From positions 39,560-103,559 of the forward strand of contig DATAOP010000062.1 in the NCBI GenBank assembly GCA_036265675.1: 64,000 nt of DNA, in the 5' to 3' direction. The notes below the pieces were generated by a model. It did not search any database. It was given only the letters and a program-made list of their open reading frames with translations, and had not been told where the DNA came from. This DNA comes from Solirubrobacterales bacterium (lineage in GTDB: Bacteria; Actinomycetota; Thermoleophilia; Solirubrobacterales; 70-9). The translations under genes were made by a program, and so were the position numbers. This document shows positions 1 to 9,281 of this stretch, in pieces. The number at the start of each line of letters is the position of its first letter. The first letter of the stretch is position 1.

Positions 1-614
1 TCGGCGGCGCGCGAGAGCTGGTCTTCGGAGGGGACGACGTCCGGGCGCTCGTAGCCGGGCGAGGAGTGGACGGTGCCGTGCGAGTGGGGCGGGCTCGGGA
101 CCGCTTCTTCCTCCTGCACGTCATTGGGGACGATCACGCAGGTGACGGTGCGCTCGCTGAGCGAGATCCGCATCGCCCGGTCGATCAGGTGGCGGACCTG
201 GGTCGGCTCGGTCGCCATCTGGACGTACTCGTGGGCGACGTCCTTGAACAGGGTCGTGAGGTCGACCTCCTGTTGGTAGTTGCCGCCGAGGCCGGCGCGC
301 GCCTGTTGGCCGACGATCGCGACCACCGGCTGGTGGTCGAGTTTCGCGTCATAGAGGCCGTTGAGAAGGTGAATCGCTCCGGGCCCGGAGGTGGCGAGGC
401 AGACGCCGGCCTCGCCGGTGAACTTCGCGTGGGCGCAGGCCATGAACGCCGCCATCTCCTCGTGGCGGACCTGGATGAAGTCCGGCCGCGGGCCCCCGCG
501 CTCGAACGCCCCAATGATTCCGTTGATCCCGTCTCCGGGGTAACCGTAGATGCGCTTCACTCCCCACTCGCCCGCAAGCCGCGCGAGGAGGAAGTCGCCG
601 ACCGTTTCACTCAT
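1..614 (-). CDS. TPP-dependent enzyme, pyruvate oxidase/PoxB-like (N-terminal part; gene runs off the window)
   Basis: Reverse translation from ATG at 614 gives MSETVGDFLLARLAGEWGVKRIYGYPGDGINGIIGAF...RHEEMAAFMACAHAKFTGEAGVCLATSGPGAIHLLNGLYDAKLDHQPVVAIVGQ, a TPP-enzyme N-domain signature. It is absent from the ORF track because no stop lies in the window. Confidence 0.8.
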   Translation of the reverse strand, partial: MSETVGDFLLARLAGEWGVKRIYGYPGDGINGIIGAFERGGPRPDFIQVRHEEMAAFMACAHAKFTGEAGVCLATSGPGAIHLLNGLYDAKLDHQPVVAIVGQQARAGLGGNYQQEVDLTTLFKDVAHEYVQMATEPTQVRHLIDRAMRISLSERTVTCVIVPNDVQEEEAVPSPPHSHGTVHSSPGYERPDVVPSEDQLSRAA

Positions 615-671
615 TCATCGCTCCTTCGTCATGGTCTTGACCCGTTACCCGACGGGGGATGCGCCTAACGG

Positions 672-1757
672 TCAGGAGGCGCGAAAGCGTTCGCCCTCTG
701 ACCGATTCAGCTCGATCCCGAGGCCGGGCCGGGCGGGATCGGGCCGCAGCTCCCCTTCCTCGACGCCGATGGCGCCGTCGAAGAGGATCGACTCGACCCG
801 TTCGTGGTCGTGGAAGTACTCGACGTGGACCGGCCTCTCCATCGCGCAGCAGGCGTGCGCCGAGACCTGGGGTGCGCAGTGGGCGGAGAACGGCAGGTTG
901 CGGGCGCGGCAGATGCCGTCGGCCCGCAGCACGTTGGTGATGCCCGCGCAGCGCGTGAAGTCGGCCTGAAGCACGTCGACGCAGGGGGCGAGGCGCTCCA
1001 GTTCCGGCAGGTCCCAGGCGTACTCGCCGGCGGCGATCTCGATCCCGGCCGGGACCGCGTCACGCAGCCAGCGCAGCCCCTCGAGGTCCTCGGAGGAGAC
1101 GGGCTCCTCGAAGTAGGAGACGCCGAACTCGGCATAGCGCTCGGCCCAGCGGGCCGCGGCACGCGCGTCGAAGGCGCCGTTGGCGTCGACCATCAGCGCG
1201 ACGTCGTCGCCGATCGCCTCGCGCGCCGCCGCCAGGCGCTCGGGGTCGCGGTCGGGCTCTCGCCCGACCTTGATCTTCACCCGTCGGCAGCCGCTGTCGA
1301 CCCAGCCCCGCAGCTGCTCGGCGAGCTCGGCGTCGGTGTAGGAGGTGAAGCCGCCGCTGCCGTAGGCGGGGATCGCCTCGCGGAAGCGCCCCAGCGAGTC
1401 GGCGAGGGAGAGCTCGAGCAGCTTTGCCCGCAGGTCCCAGAGGGCGATGTCCACCGCGGAGATCGCCATCGCGAAGAGCCCCTGGCGGCCGAGGTTTCGG
1501 ACCTCACGCTGCATCGCGGCCCAAACCGCGGGCGGCGCCAGCGCGTCCATCCCGATCACGAGCGGCGCGAGCTTCGACTCGGTGGCGGCCGCGATCGAGC
1601 TGTGACCGTAGGTGTAGCCGAGCCCCTGGCGGCCGCCGCTCTCCGCCTCGACGACGACGATCGTCGTCGAGTCCCATTCCAGCGTCCCGTCGGACTCGGG
1701 CCGGTCGGTGGGGATCGTGTACGCGGTGGCCCTGAGATCCTCGACCCGCGCCATCAC
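672..1757 (-). CDS. Enolase-superfamily enzyme (mandelate racemase/muconate lactonizing family)
   Basis: 361-aa ORF with the KIKVG, MVDANGAF and FEEP metal-ligand motifs typical of MR/MLE enzymes. Confidence 0.9.
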   Translation of the reverse strand: MMARVEDLRATAYTIPTDRPESDGTLEWDSTTIVVVEAESGGRQGLGYTYGHSSIAAATESKLAPLVIGMDALAPPAVWAAMQREVRNLGRQGLFAMAISAVDIALWDLRAKLLELSLADSLGRFREAIPAYGSGGFTSYTDAELAEQLRGWVDSGCRRVKIKVGREPDRDPERLAAAREAIGDDVALMVDANGAFDARAAARWAERYAEFGVSYFEEPVSSEDLEGLRWLRDAVPAGIEIAAGEYAWDLPELERLAPCVDVLQADFTRCAGITNVLRADGICRARNLPFSAHCAPQVSAHACCAMERPVHVEYFHDHERVESILFDGAIGVEEGELRPDPARPGLGIELNRSEGERFRAS

Positions 1758-1764
1758 GGGTTCC

Positions 1765-2601
1765 TCAGATCAGGAGCAGCAAGAGGATCGCCACCACGGC
1801 GCTCGGGGTGCCGATCAGCGACAGGTAGCGAAAGAGCCTGGCGAAGCCGCCCTGGTAGCGGACGCTCTCCATCAGGGTCAGGCCGACGACGTGGGCCATG
1901 TTGATCAGCGCCACCCCGATCGCGATCAGGATCGCCGCGGCAGCACGCCCTGACGAAACGCCGTCATCGCCTGTCACGACAGCGGCGAGGATTGCCGCGA
2001 GGATCGTGCCGAGGATGCCGGCGACCATTCCGGCAAAGTCCGAGCGGGTGAGGCCCGGCAGGTAGGCCGAGCCGATCTGATGCTCCTCGTTCGGGTCGCG
2101 GGTCCCGGGCCCGGCGGTCTCGACGTCGACGATGTGGCCGGCGCCGTCCTCCTCGTCACGGACGACGACCATCCGCAGCGGGGGGTCGAGCCCTGCTTCA
2201 GCCCTGTTCATCAGCCCGTCTTCGAACCAGCGTGCCTGGGCACGCTCGTGCTCGAAGATCACGATCTCGTCCATCGGCTCCTTCAGGAGGACGTCCTGCG
2301 CCGCCTGGATCGGGTCGGAGTCGCCGACCTCGCCGGCGGCCTCGATTCCGTTGGCGCGGAGCTCCTCGAGGACGCGTTGGAGCCGGGCCTCGGCCTCGCG
2401 CCTCGGCTCGTCGACGTCGCCGAGCGTGTGCCGGAAAGAGCTCGGCTCGATCGCCGGCACGACGACGCGCAGGTCCATCGCCTCGCTCTCACGCCCGACC
2501 TTCTGGGCCCGGATCTCGCGCAGCGAGTCGGACCCGAGCGGATCGTCGGTCACGATCGCCAGCACATGATGGGTTGCCGCCTCGCTCGTGCCCATTCTCA
2601 T
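1765..2601 (-). CDS. Membrane protein with a USP-like cytoplasmic N-domain and about 3 C-terminal TM helices
   Basis: 278-aa ORF with a hydrophobic C-terminus (AGILGTILAAILAAVV, ILIAIGVALINMAHVVGL, AVVAILLLLLI). A second in-frame ATG lies at 2595. Confidence 0.6.
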   Translation of the reverse strand: MRMGTSEAATHHVLAIVTDDPLGSDSLREIRAQKVGRESEAMDLRVVVPAIEPSSFRHTLGDVDEPRREAEARLQRVLEELRANGIEAAGEVGDSDPIQAAQDVLLKEPMDEIVIFEHERAQARWFEDGLMNRAEAGLDPPLRMVVVRDEEDGAGHIVDVETAGPGTRDPNEEHQIGSAYLPGLTRSDFAGMVAGILGTILAAILAAVVTGDDGVSSGRAAAAILIAIGVALINMAHVVGLTLMESVRYQGGFARLFRYLSLIGTPSAVVAILLLLLI

Positions 2602-2604
2602 GGC

Positions 2605-2631
2605 CTACCCACGGCGACCGGCCGAAAAACC
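2605..2631 (-). promoter_or_regulatory. Candidate SigF/SigB-class promoter GGTT-N17-GGGTAG
   Basis: The reverse strand reads GGTTTTTCGGCCGGTCGCCGTGGGTAG, then gcc, then ATG. The -10 element ends 3 nt before ATG 2601 and 9 nt before ATG 2595, which suggests a leaderless mRNA. Confidence 0.45.
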
Positions 2632-2792
2632 AGAGCTCGGGGTTCGAGCCATGGACCTGAGCCCCTGTGCGCGCGGCCGCTAACGACCCAAAGCCCGGTG
2701 CCCCGCGGTACGATTTCCCCAACGCCCGGCGACGCCAGTCAGACGCATCACCCGTAGGGCCTTCGACCTCGAAATCAAGTGGAGTTGCCTTA

Positions 2793-3185
2793 GTGCCCAA
2801 AGACCCCAGCGCTTCTCCTCCCGACGGAATGCTCCAGGCGGACGTCGTTCGGGACGGAAATGCGGCGAGGCTATCTCTCGCGGGGGAATTGGACCTCGCC
2901 GTCATCGATGTCGCGCGGGAGAAGCTCGCCGAAGCGGGTGAAGGTGAGCCGTCACGGATCGTGATCGACCTCAGCGGCCTCACCTTCATCGACTCGACCG
3001 GGATCGCGTTTCTCGTCGCCGCGGCCAACGGCGACGACGAGCACCGGCTCAGCTTCATCCCCTGCGAGGCCTATGGCGTGCAGCGCGTCCTCTCCGTGAC
3101 CGGCGTCGCAGAGCTGCTCGATGGGCCGACCGGCGAGACCGGAAATGCGCCGGGGGCAGATCAGCAGCCCCATTCGTCCGGTTGA
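2793..3185 (+). CDS. STAS-domain anti-sigma-factor antagonist
   Basis: RLSLAGELDLAVIDVAREKL...IVIDLSGLTFIDSTGIAFLV is the SpoIIAA/RsbV-type STAS motif. GTG at 2793 lies 8 nt after GGAG. The ORF track frame opens at 2667. Confidence 0.8.
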   Translation: MPKDPSASPPDGMLQADVVRDGNAARLSLAGELDLAVIDVAREKLAEAGEGEPSRIVIDLSGLTFIDSTGIAFLVAAANGDDEHRLSFIPCEAYGVQRVLSVTGVAELLDGPTGETGNAPGADQQPHSSG

Positions 3186-3208
3186 GTCCGTCGGCCGACT
3201 GATCTCTC

Positions 3209-3234
3209 GGTTAGGTCCGATCCCACGCGGGTAG
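3209..3234 (+). promoter_or_regulatory. Candidate SigF/SigB-class promoter GGTT-N16-GGGTAG
   Basis: GGTTAGGTCCGATCCCACGCGGGTAG lies 105 nt upstream of the DUF892 gene start at 3339. Confidence 0.5.
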
Positions 3235-3338
3235 GACGGAGTAGAGCCGGGGATCGAAGCTCCCGCCTCCCCCACGGACCTCAGAACGTCGACGCGGCGG
3301 GCTGAGGCCAAGCCCCAACCTGACCAAAGGAGGACGAC

Positions 3339-3839
3339 GTGTTCGAGCGTCTCAACACGCCTGAGGACGCATACAACTACAAGCTTGGTGCCGCTTTGAA
3401 GATGGAGCGCACGGTCCTCGAAATCCTCGAAGACAACATCGAACACGCGCAGGACGGGCGGGTCGAAGAGTTGCTTCAGAGCCATCACGAGGAAAGCCGG
3501 CAGCACCTGGACAACCTCCAGGAGGTTTTCGAGCTGTTCGGCTGGGACATCGACGACTCACCCTGCCCGGCGATCGACGGCCTCGAAAAAGAGGGCAAGG
3601 CCAATGTGAAAAAGAGCGACGACGCGATCGTCGACGTGATCATCCTCCAGGGCTGCGTCGAGGTGGAGCACCATGAGATCGGCGTCTACGAGAACCTGAT
3701 CATCGGCGCCGAGAGCATGGGCCGCCAGGACGCCGTCACCGTCCTGCGCCGCAACATCACCTCCGAGCAGGATGCGCTCGAGAAGGTGAAGTCGCTGGCG
3801 GCCGAGCTGGCGGCAGCGCCGGCGGGCCACCCGGGGTGA
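3339..3839 (+). CDS. Ferritin-like DUF892 (YciE/YciF-type) protein
   Basis: 166 aa, GTG start after AAAGGAGGA. LKMERTVLEILEDNIEHAQD...VEHHEIGVYENLI matches the YciE/YciF four-helix-bundle pattern. Confidence 0.85.
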   Translation: MFERLNTPEDAYNYKLGAALKMERTVLEILEDNIEHAQDGRVEELLQSHHEESRQHLDNLQEVFELFGWDIDDSPCPAIDGLEKEGKANVKKSDDAIVDVIILQGCVEVEHHEIGVYENLIIGAESMGRQDAVTVLRRNITSEQDALEKVKSLAAELAAAPAGHPG

Positions 3840-3844
3840 GACCG

Positions 3845-5851
3845 ATGAGGGTGGTGGTGACAGGCGCGACCGGCAACGTCGGAACCAGCACGGTCGAGGC
3901 CCTGAGTCAGAGACCGGAGGTCGAGGAGATCCTCGGCCTCGCCCGGCGCGAGCCGGCCCGCAGGATCCCGAAGGTGAGCTGGGTCGAGGCCGACATCCTC
4001 AGTGCCGATCTCGCCTCGCTCTTCGACGGGGCGGACGCGGTGATCCACCTCGCCTGGGCGATCCAGCCCTCTCGCGACGAGGTGACGCTGCGGCGGATCA
4101 ACGTCGACGGCAGCGACCGCGTCTTCGAGGCGGTGGCCGCGGCCGGGGTGCCGAAGCTGGTCCACGCCTCCTCGGTCGGCGCATACTCGCGCGGGCCGCA
4201 GGATCGGGAGGTCGACGAGAGCTGGCCGGTCGAGGGCACGCCGTCGTCGTTCTACGCCCGCCACAAGGCCGCCGTGGAACAGCTGCTCGACCGCTTCGAG
4301 GCGTCCCATTCCGATACCCGCGTGGTGCGGATGCGCCCGGCGCTGATCTTCAAGGGCAGCGCCGCGACCGAGATCCGCCGCCTCTTCATCGGCCCATTCC
4401 TCCCCGGCTTCCTGCTCCGCCGGGGCCTCGTCATCGCCCTGCCCCGGATCGAGGGGCTGCGCTTTCAGGCCGTGCACTCCGAGGACGTCGGCAGGGCCTA
4501 CTGCCAGGCGGTCCTCGCCGACGTCGACGGCGCCTTCAACATCGCCGCCGAGCCCACGCTCAGCCCCGAGCAGCTGGCCGAGAGGATCGGGGCGAGGAGC
4601 TTCCCGGTGCCCTCCTCCGTCGTCCGGCGGCTGGCCGACCTGAGCTGGCGGATGCGGCTGCAGCCGACCCCGCCCGGCTGGCTCGACATGGCCCTGAACG
4701 TGCCGCTGATGTCCTCCGAGCGCGCCCGCGCCGAGCTCGGCTGGCAACCTCGCCACACATCCGTCGAGGCGCTCGAGGAGCTGGTCGAGGGTTTGCGGGA
4801 GGGCCGGGGCGACAAGACCCCGCCGCTCGAAGCGGACGGCGCCGGCGCTCGACTCGAGGACCTGAAGACAGGTGTCGGGGGACGTCAGTGGGACCGCGAT
4901 CGCGACGAGCAGCTCGTCAAGTACCTGGCCGACGTCCACTCGATCGAGCTCCAGGCGCTGGCGCAGCTGCGCGCGGCGCCGGCGATCGCCGGCGACGAGC
5001 GGATCGCCGAGCCCTTCGAGCGGCATCTGGTCGAGACCGAAGACCAGGAGCGTCGCGTCAGCGAGCGCCTCGAGGCCCTCGGCGGCAGTCCCTCCAAGCT
5101 CAAGGACGCCGCCGGCGCCGCCGGAGGCTGGGGGATGGTCGCCTTCGCCGCCTCCCAGCCCGACACTCCGGGGAAGCTCGTCGCACACGCCTACTCCTAC
5201 GAGCACATGGAGCTGGCCGCCTACGAACTGCTGCGGCGGCTCGCCGAGCGCGACGAGGACGAGGAGACCGAGCGGATGGCGGCCGGGATCGCCGAGGAGG
5301 AGGGCCGGATGGCGGGGCGCCTGGAGGATTGCTTCGACGCGGCGGTCGAGGCGTCGCTCTCGTCGGTCGGCCCGGAGGAGCTCGACCAGGCCCTGATCTC
5401 CTACCTGCGCGATGCCCACGCGCTCGAGGAACAGGGGCTGAAACTGCTGGAGTCCGGCGCCGGCCGGGTCGAGGACGAAGAGCTGGAGGTCGCGTTCCGG
5501 CGCCATATCGGCGAGACCCGAAAGCACATCAAGGCGATCGAGGGCCTGCTCGAGGAGCGGGACAGCAAGCCGTCGCTGGTCAAGGACACGGCGCTGAAGG
5601 GAGGCGGGCTCAACCTCTCCGCCTTCTTCGGCGGTCAGCCCGATTCGACCACCAAGCTCGCCGGCTTCGCGTTCGCGTTCGAGCACCTCGAGATCGCCGC
5701 CTATCAACTGCTGCAGCGGGTGGCGGCAAGGGCCGGGGCCGATGACGTCGTCGCCACCGCCCGCGAGATCCTCGTCGAGGAGCAGCAGGCGGCGGCGCGG
5801 GTGGCGGAGAGCTGGAATCGGCCGGGAGTCCCCCTCGGCCTGGCGTCATGA
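3845..5851 (+). CDS. Fusion protein: NAD-dependent epimerase/dehydratase (SDR) domain plus two DUF892 ferritin-like domains
   Basis: The N-terminus MRVVVTGATGNVG is a Rossmann motif. The C-terminal half holds two DUF892-like repeats (YLADVHSIELQALAQL...YSYEHMELAAYELL and YLRDAHALEEQGLKLL...FAFEHLEIAAYQLL). An alternative GTG at 3836 overlaps the upstream stop as GTGA. Confidence 0.8.
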   Translation: MRVVVTGATGNVGTSTVEALSQRPEVEEILGLARREPARRIPKVSWVEADILSADLASLFDGADAVIHLAWAIQPSRDEVTLRRINVDGSDRVFEAVAAAGVPKLVHASSVGAYSRGPQDREVDESWPVEGTPSSFYARHKAAVEQLLDRFEASHSDTRVVRMRPALIFKGSAATEIRRLFIGPFLPGFLLRRGLVIALPRIEGLRFQAVHSEDVGRAYCQAVLADVDGAFNIAAEPTLSPEQLAERIGARSFPVPSSVVRRLADLSWRMRLQPTPPGWLDMALNVPLMSSERARAELGWQPRHTSVEALEELVEGLREGRGDKTPPLEADGAGARLEDLKTGVGGRQWDRDRDEQLVKYLADVHSIELQALAQLRAAPAIAGDERIAEPFERHLVETEDQERRVSERLEALGGSPSKLKDAAGAAGGWGMVAFAASQPDTPGKLVAHAYSYEHMELAAYELLRRLAERDEDEETERMAAGIAEEEGRMAGRLEDCFDAAVEASLSSVGPEELDQALISYLRDAHALEEQGLKLLESGAGRVEDEELEVAFRRHIGETRKHIKAIEGLLEERDSKPSLVKDTALKGGGLNLSAFFGGQPDSTTKLAGFAFAFEHLEIAAYQLLQRVAARAGADDVVATAREILVEEQQAAARVAESWNRPGVPLGLAS

Positions 5852-5869
5852 ACGGGGAAGGAAGATCCG

Positions 5870-6676
5870 ATGGCGGCTGAGGACGGCACTCCACTGGCGG
5901 TGGTGACCGGGGCCTCGAGCGGGATCGGCTTCGAGCTGGCGAGGGCCTTCGCCGCGGAGGGCTTCGATCTCCTGATCACCGCGGAGGATGCGGAGCTGGC
6001 GGCCGCGCAGGAGCAGCTGACCGGGCTCGGCGTCCACGTCGAAGCGCACCGGGTCGACCTCGCGACCGAAGCCGGGGTGGTCGAGATCTACCGCCACATC
6101 TCCAACACCGGCCGTCCGGTCGACGCGCTGGCGCTCAACGCCGGAATCGGCGCCGGAGGCGCCTTCGCGACCGAAACGGATCTCGGCGACGAGCTGAGGC
6201 TGATCGACCTGAACGTGCGCAGCACCGTGCATCTGTGCAAGTTGGTGATCGCCGACATGGTCAGGCGCGACGAGGGTCGGATTCTCTTCACGTCCTCGAT
6301 CGCGGCGACGATGCCCGGCGCCTTCCAGGCCGTCTACAACGCCTCGAAGTCGTTCGTCCAGTCCTTCGCCCTCGCGCTCCGCAACGAGCTCAAGGACACT
6401 GGGATCACGGTCACCTCGCTGATGCCCGGCCCGACCGACACCGAGTTCTTCGAGCGGGCCGAGATGGAGGACACGACGGTCGGCGCCGGCGAGAAGGACG
6501 ACCCGGCCGAGGTCGCGCGCCAGGGATTCGAGGCGCTGATGGCCGGCGACGAGAGAGCCGTCGCCGGCTCCTTCAAGAACAGAGCCCAGGTCGCCGCCGG
6601 CCGGATCCTGCCGGACAGCATCAAGGCCGAGAAACATCGCGAAATGGCCGAGCCCGGCTCGGCGAAGGAGGACTGA
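5870..6676 (+). CDS. Short-chain dehydrogenase/reductase
   Basis: TGASSGIG cofactor motif and YNASK catalytic motif; 268 aa. Confidence 0.9.
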   Translation: MAAEDGTPLAVVTGASSGIGFELARAFAAEGFDLLITAEDAELAAAQEQLTGLGVHVEAHRVDLATEAGVVEIYRHISNTGRPVDALALNAGIGAGGAFATETDLGDELRLIDLNVRSTVHLCKLVIADMVRRDEGRILFTSSIAATMPGAFQAVYNASKSFVQSFALALRNELKDTGITVTSLMPGPTDTEFFERAEMEDTTVGAGEKDDPAEVARQGFEALMAGDERAVAGSFKNRAQVAAGRILPDSIKAEKHREMAEPGSAKED

Positions 6677-6678
6677 CG

Positions 6679-7866
6679 GTGAAGGCGCTGACATTTCACG
6701 GCAAACGCGACGTCCGCGTCGAGGACGTGCCCGACCCCCGGATCGAGGAGCCGACCGATGCCATCGTCCGCATCACGTCGACCGCGATCTGCGGCTCGGA
6801 CCTCCACCTCTACGAGGTGCTCGGGATGTTCATCGAAGAAGGCGATGTCCTGGGCCACGAGCCGATGGGGGTCGTCGAGGAGGTCGGCCCCGAGGTCAAC
6901 CACATCAAGGCGGGGGACCGCGTCGTGATCCCGTTCAACATCTCCTGCGGCGATTGCTGGATGTGCAACCAGGGGCTCTTCGCCCAGTGCGAGACCACGC
7001 AGGTCCGCGACGAGGAAAAAGGCGCATCCCTCTTCGGCTACACCAAGCTCTACGGGGAGGTGCCGGGCGCCCAGGCCGAGTACCTGCGGGTGCCGCAGGG
7101 TCACTTCGGGCCGATCAAGGTTCCGCAGAACAGCGCTCCCGACGAGCGCTTCCTGTTCCTCTCCGACGTCCTTCCCACCTCCTGGCAGGCGGTGGAGTAC
7201 GCGGCGATCCCCGACGGCGGCAGTGTCGCGGTCTTCGGGCTCGGGCCGATCGGGCAGATGTCCGCTCGAATCGCGCTGCACCGCGGGGCCGGCCAGGTGT
7301 TCGGGATCGATCGGGTGCCCGAGCGCCTCGAGATGGCCAGACGGCACGGGGTCGAACCGATCGATTTCGAACAGCACGACGACATCTCCGAGGTGCTTCG
7401 CGAGCGGACCGCTGGTCGCGGCCCCGACAGCGTCATCGAGGCCGTCGGGATGGAGGCGCACGGCGCGCCGGTCGGCAAGGCGGCACAGACGATGGCCGGC
7501 CTCCTGCCCGATGCCCTGGCTGCGAAGTTGGTCGAAAAAGCCGGTACTGACCGGATGGTTGCCCTGCTAGCGGCAATCGACAGCGTCCGCCGAGGTGGGA
7601 CGCTCTCGATCTCGGGCGTCTACGGGGGCGTGCTCGACCCGATGCCGATGATGCAGTTGTTCGACAAGGGGATCCAGATCCGGATGGGCCAGGCTCACGT
7701 GCGGCGCTGGACCGACGAGATCCTGCCGCTGCTCGAGGGCGACGAGGACCCGCTCGGCGTCGATGACCTGACCACGCATCAGGTGCCGCTGGAGGACGCG
7801 CCCGGCGCCTACGAAATGTTCCAGAAGAAGGAGGACGGGGCGATCAAGGTCGTCCTCAAGCCCTGA
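6679..7866 (+). CDS. Zinc-dependent alcohol/formaldehyde dehydrogenase family
   Basis: VKALTFHGKRDVRVEDVPDP...ICGSDLHLY...GHEPMGVVEEVG...CGDCWMC. GTG at 6679 follows GGAGGA. The upstream part of track ORF 6235..7866 overlaps the SDR gene and is not coding. Confidence 0.9.
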   Translation: MKALTFHGKRDVRVEDVPDPRIEEPTDAIVRITSTAICGSDLHLYEVLGMFIEEGDVLGHEPMGVVEEVGPEVNHIKAGDRVVIPFNISCGDCWMCNQGLFAQCETTQVRDEEKGASLFGYTKLYGEVPGAQAEYLRVPQGHFGPIKVPQNSAPDERFLFLSDVLPTSWQAVEYAAIPDGGSVAVFGLGPIGQMSARIALHRGAGQVFGIDRVPERLEMARRHGVEPIDFEQHDDISEVLRERTAGRGPDSVIEAVGMEAHGAPVGKAAQTMAGLLPDALAAKLVEKAGTDRMVALLAAIDSVRRGGTLSISGVYGGVLDPMPMMQLFDKGIQIRMGQAHVRRWTDEILPLLEGDEDPLGVDDLTTHQVPLEDAPGAYEMFQKKEDGAIKVVLKP

Positions 7867-7884
7867 ACGGGAAGGAGATTCGCC

Positions 7885-8037
7885 ATGGCGAAAGACCACG
7901 GCTCCAGCGTCAAGAACGACAAGCAGTACGAGGGGCTTCGCAAGAAGGGGATGAGCAAGGAACGGGCGGCCAAGATCGCCAATTCCAAGGGCTCCTCGAA
8001 GCGAGGCGGGGAAAAGAGCGGCAAGAAGTCGAGCTAG
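7885..8037 (+). CDS. Small lysine-rich protein (50 aa)
   Basis: MAKDHGSSVKNDKQYEGLRKKGMSKERAAKIANSKGSSKRGGEKSGKKSS with GGAG 8 nt upstream. It is below the ORF-track size cutoff. The KDxxQYExLRxKGMSKExAAxIAN pattern recurs in small actinobacterial proteins (from memory). Confidence 0.6.
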   Translation: MAKDHGSSVKNDKQYEGLRKKGMSKERAAKIANSKGSSKRGGEKSGKKSS

Positions 8038-8286
8038 ATGGCCGGCACTCCGATCACGATCACCCCCTATCGCGACGGGCCATACCTCGTCCGCGGCCCG
8101 TTCTCCCTCGTCGACCAGGATGGCAACGAGATCGATGTCAAACGGCGGGTGGTCGCCCTCTGCCGATGCGGGCGCTCGCGGATCCGTCCCTTCTGCGACG
8201 GGACCCACAAGGCGATCGGGTTTCAGGCCGACAGCGGGCCGGCGGTCTCGATCTCCGACGCCGCCGCCGATAGTCGCATGCGATGA
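8038..8286 (+). CDS. CDGSH iron-sulfur domain protein
   Basis: LCRCGRSRIRPFCDGTHK is the CDGSH 2Fe-2S motif. The ATG immediately follows the upstream TAG. Confidence 0.85.
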   Translation: MAGTPITITPYRDGPYLVRGPFSLVDQDGNEIDVKRRVVALCRCGRSRIRPFCDGTHKAIGFQADSGPAVSISDAAADSRMR

Positions 8287-9281
8287 CGGCGGCGCAGCCG
8301 TCGCAGCGAGGTGGCCGAGTGGGGGAGCCGGCGCTCGCCGTAGCGCACCCCTCCGCGTAGCTTCGCGGCCAGGGCCAGCCAGGCGCACAGCGATCGCTCC
8401 GCCACCCAGGCCGGCGCCAGGAGCGACCCGCTGAGCGGGAACCGGTCCGCGCCTCCCGCCCGCCTTCTTCCCGCCTCGGCGAGCGCGATGGTCGCGAGGG
8501 CGCCGGCGAGCAGGACGCGGCCGCGGCGGCGGCGCAGGAGCTCGGCGCAGAGCGGCCCGATGCAGAGGAAGGCGCCGATGCGGGCCGGGACCGCGAAGTC
8601 GTCGTATGCCTGGCGCACCCTCTGCGAGAGGAAGTGCCTCGTGCTCGGCGGCCGCCGTGGGACGTAGAGGTCGAGCGGTGTCAGCACCCGTCCGCCGGCG
8701 GCGTGGACCGTCCGCATCAGCTCGAGGTTCTCGAACAGTGCATCGCCGTCGTAGGCGCCGCTGGCGAGGAAGGCGCTGCGGCGGACCGCGAGGGTGCCCG
8801 GGAAATCTCCGACCGGGAACGCCGGATCGCCGGTGAGGACCCGGTTCAGCAACGATCGTCCGGTGTCCCAGCGCGCGTGCCAGGGCAGCTCGGCGAAGTA
8901 GTTCTGGGGGCGCACGAGGTCCGACTCGCCGAGCAGCGAGAGGGCCCGCCTCAGAGAGACCCGGTCGTAGCGGACGTCGTCGTCGGCGATCACGATCCTC
9001 TCCGCGGTGCTCTCGCGGACGCCGGTGACGACGCCGTTCACCTTTCCCATCCCGAAGTCGAGGTCGGGGTGCGGCACCAAATGCCGGGCGACGCCGCGCA
9101 GCGCCCGCGCGTTCCGATCGTAGAGGTCCGGCGGCGAGCCGTCGACGACGAGAATCTCCTCGACCTCATCGTCCAGCGAGCGCAGATAGCGGGCGAGCTC
9201 CTCGATCGGGCCGGGCTCGGTCCAGCGCAGCGGCAGCACATAGGCCGCGGTCGGGCCGCCCGCGGCAGCTCCGTCGCTCAC
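8223..9281 (-). CDS. Glycosyltransferase family 2-like protein with hydrophobic C-terminal region
   Basis: YVLPLRW...ILVVDGSPP...VIADDDVRY is a GT-A DxD-type pattern. GTG at 9281 overlaps the upstream TGA as GTGA. The 3' end overlaps the convergent CDGSH gene by 64 nt. Confidence 0.75.
   Translation of the reverse strand: MSDGAAAGGPTAAYVLPLRWTEPGPIEELARYLRSLDDEVEEILVVDGSPPDLYDRNARALRGVARHLVPHPDLDFGMGKVNGVVTGVRESTAERIVIADDDVRYDRVSLRRALSLLGESDLVRPQNYFAELPWHARWDTGRSLLNRVLTGDPAFPVGDFPGTLAVRRSAFLASGAYDGDALFENLELMRTVHAAGGRVLTPLDLYVPRRPPSTRHFLSQRVRQAYDDFAVPARIGAFLCIGPLCAELLRRRRGRVLLAGALATIALAEAGRRRAGGADRFPLSGSLLAPAWVAERSLCAWLALAAKLRGGVRYGERRLPHSATSLRRLRRRHRMRLSAAASEIETAGPLSA

Noticed and set aside
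3686-5707. Very long antisense ORFs. Examples are 3686..5707(-), 37526..39952(-), 44730..47165(-), 45095..47686(+), 58309..60096(-), 28271..29977(-) and 41960..43783(-).
   Set aside because: Each lies opposite or out of frame to a gene with clear family motifs (SDR-DUF892, thrS, pheT, dnaE, the TetR genes, rplT and the methyltransferase). Their products are Arg/Gly/Pro/Leu-rich with no motifs. They are the stop-poor shadow frames expected at about 70% GC.
8223-8286. The 64-nt convergent overlap of the CDGSH and glycosyltransferase genes as a regulatory antisense arrangement.
   Set aside because: The GT tail (..RRLRRRHRMRLSAAASEIETAGPLSA) looks like a stop-poor read-through and not a conserved sequence. 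The overlap is most simply a by-product of high GC.
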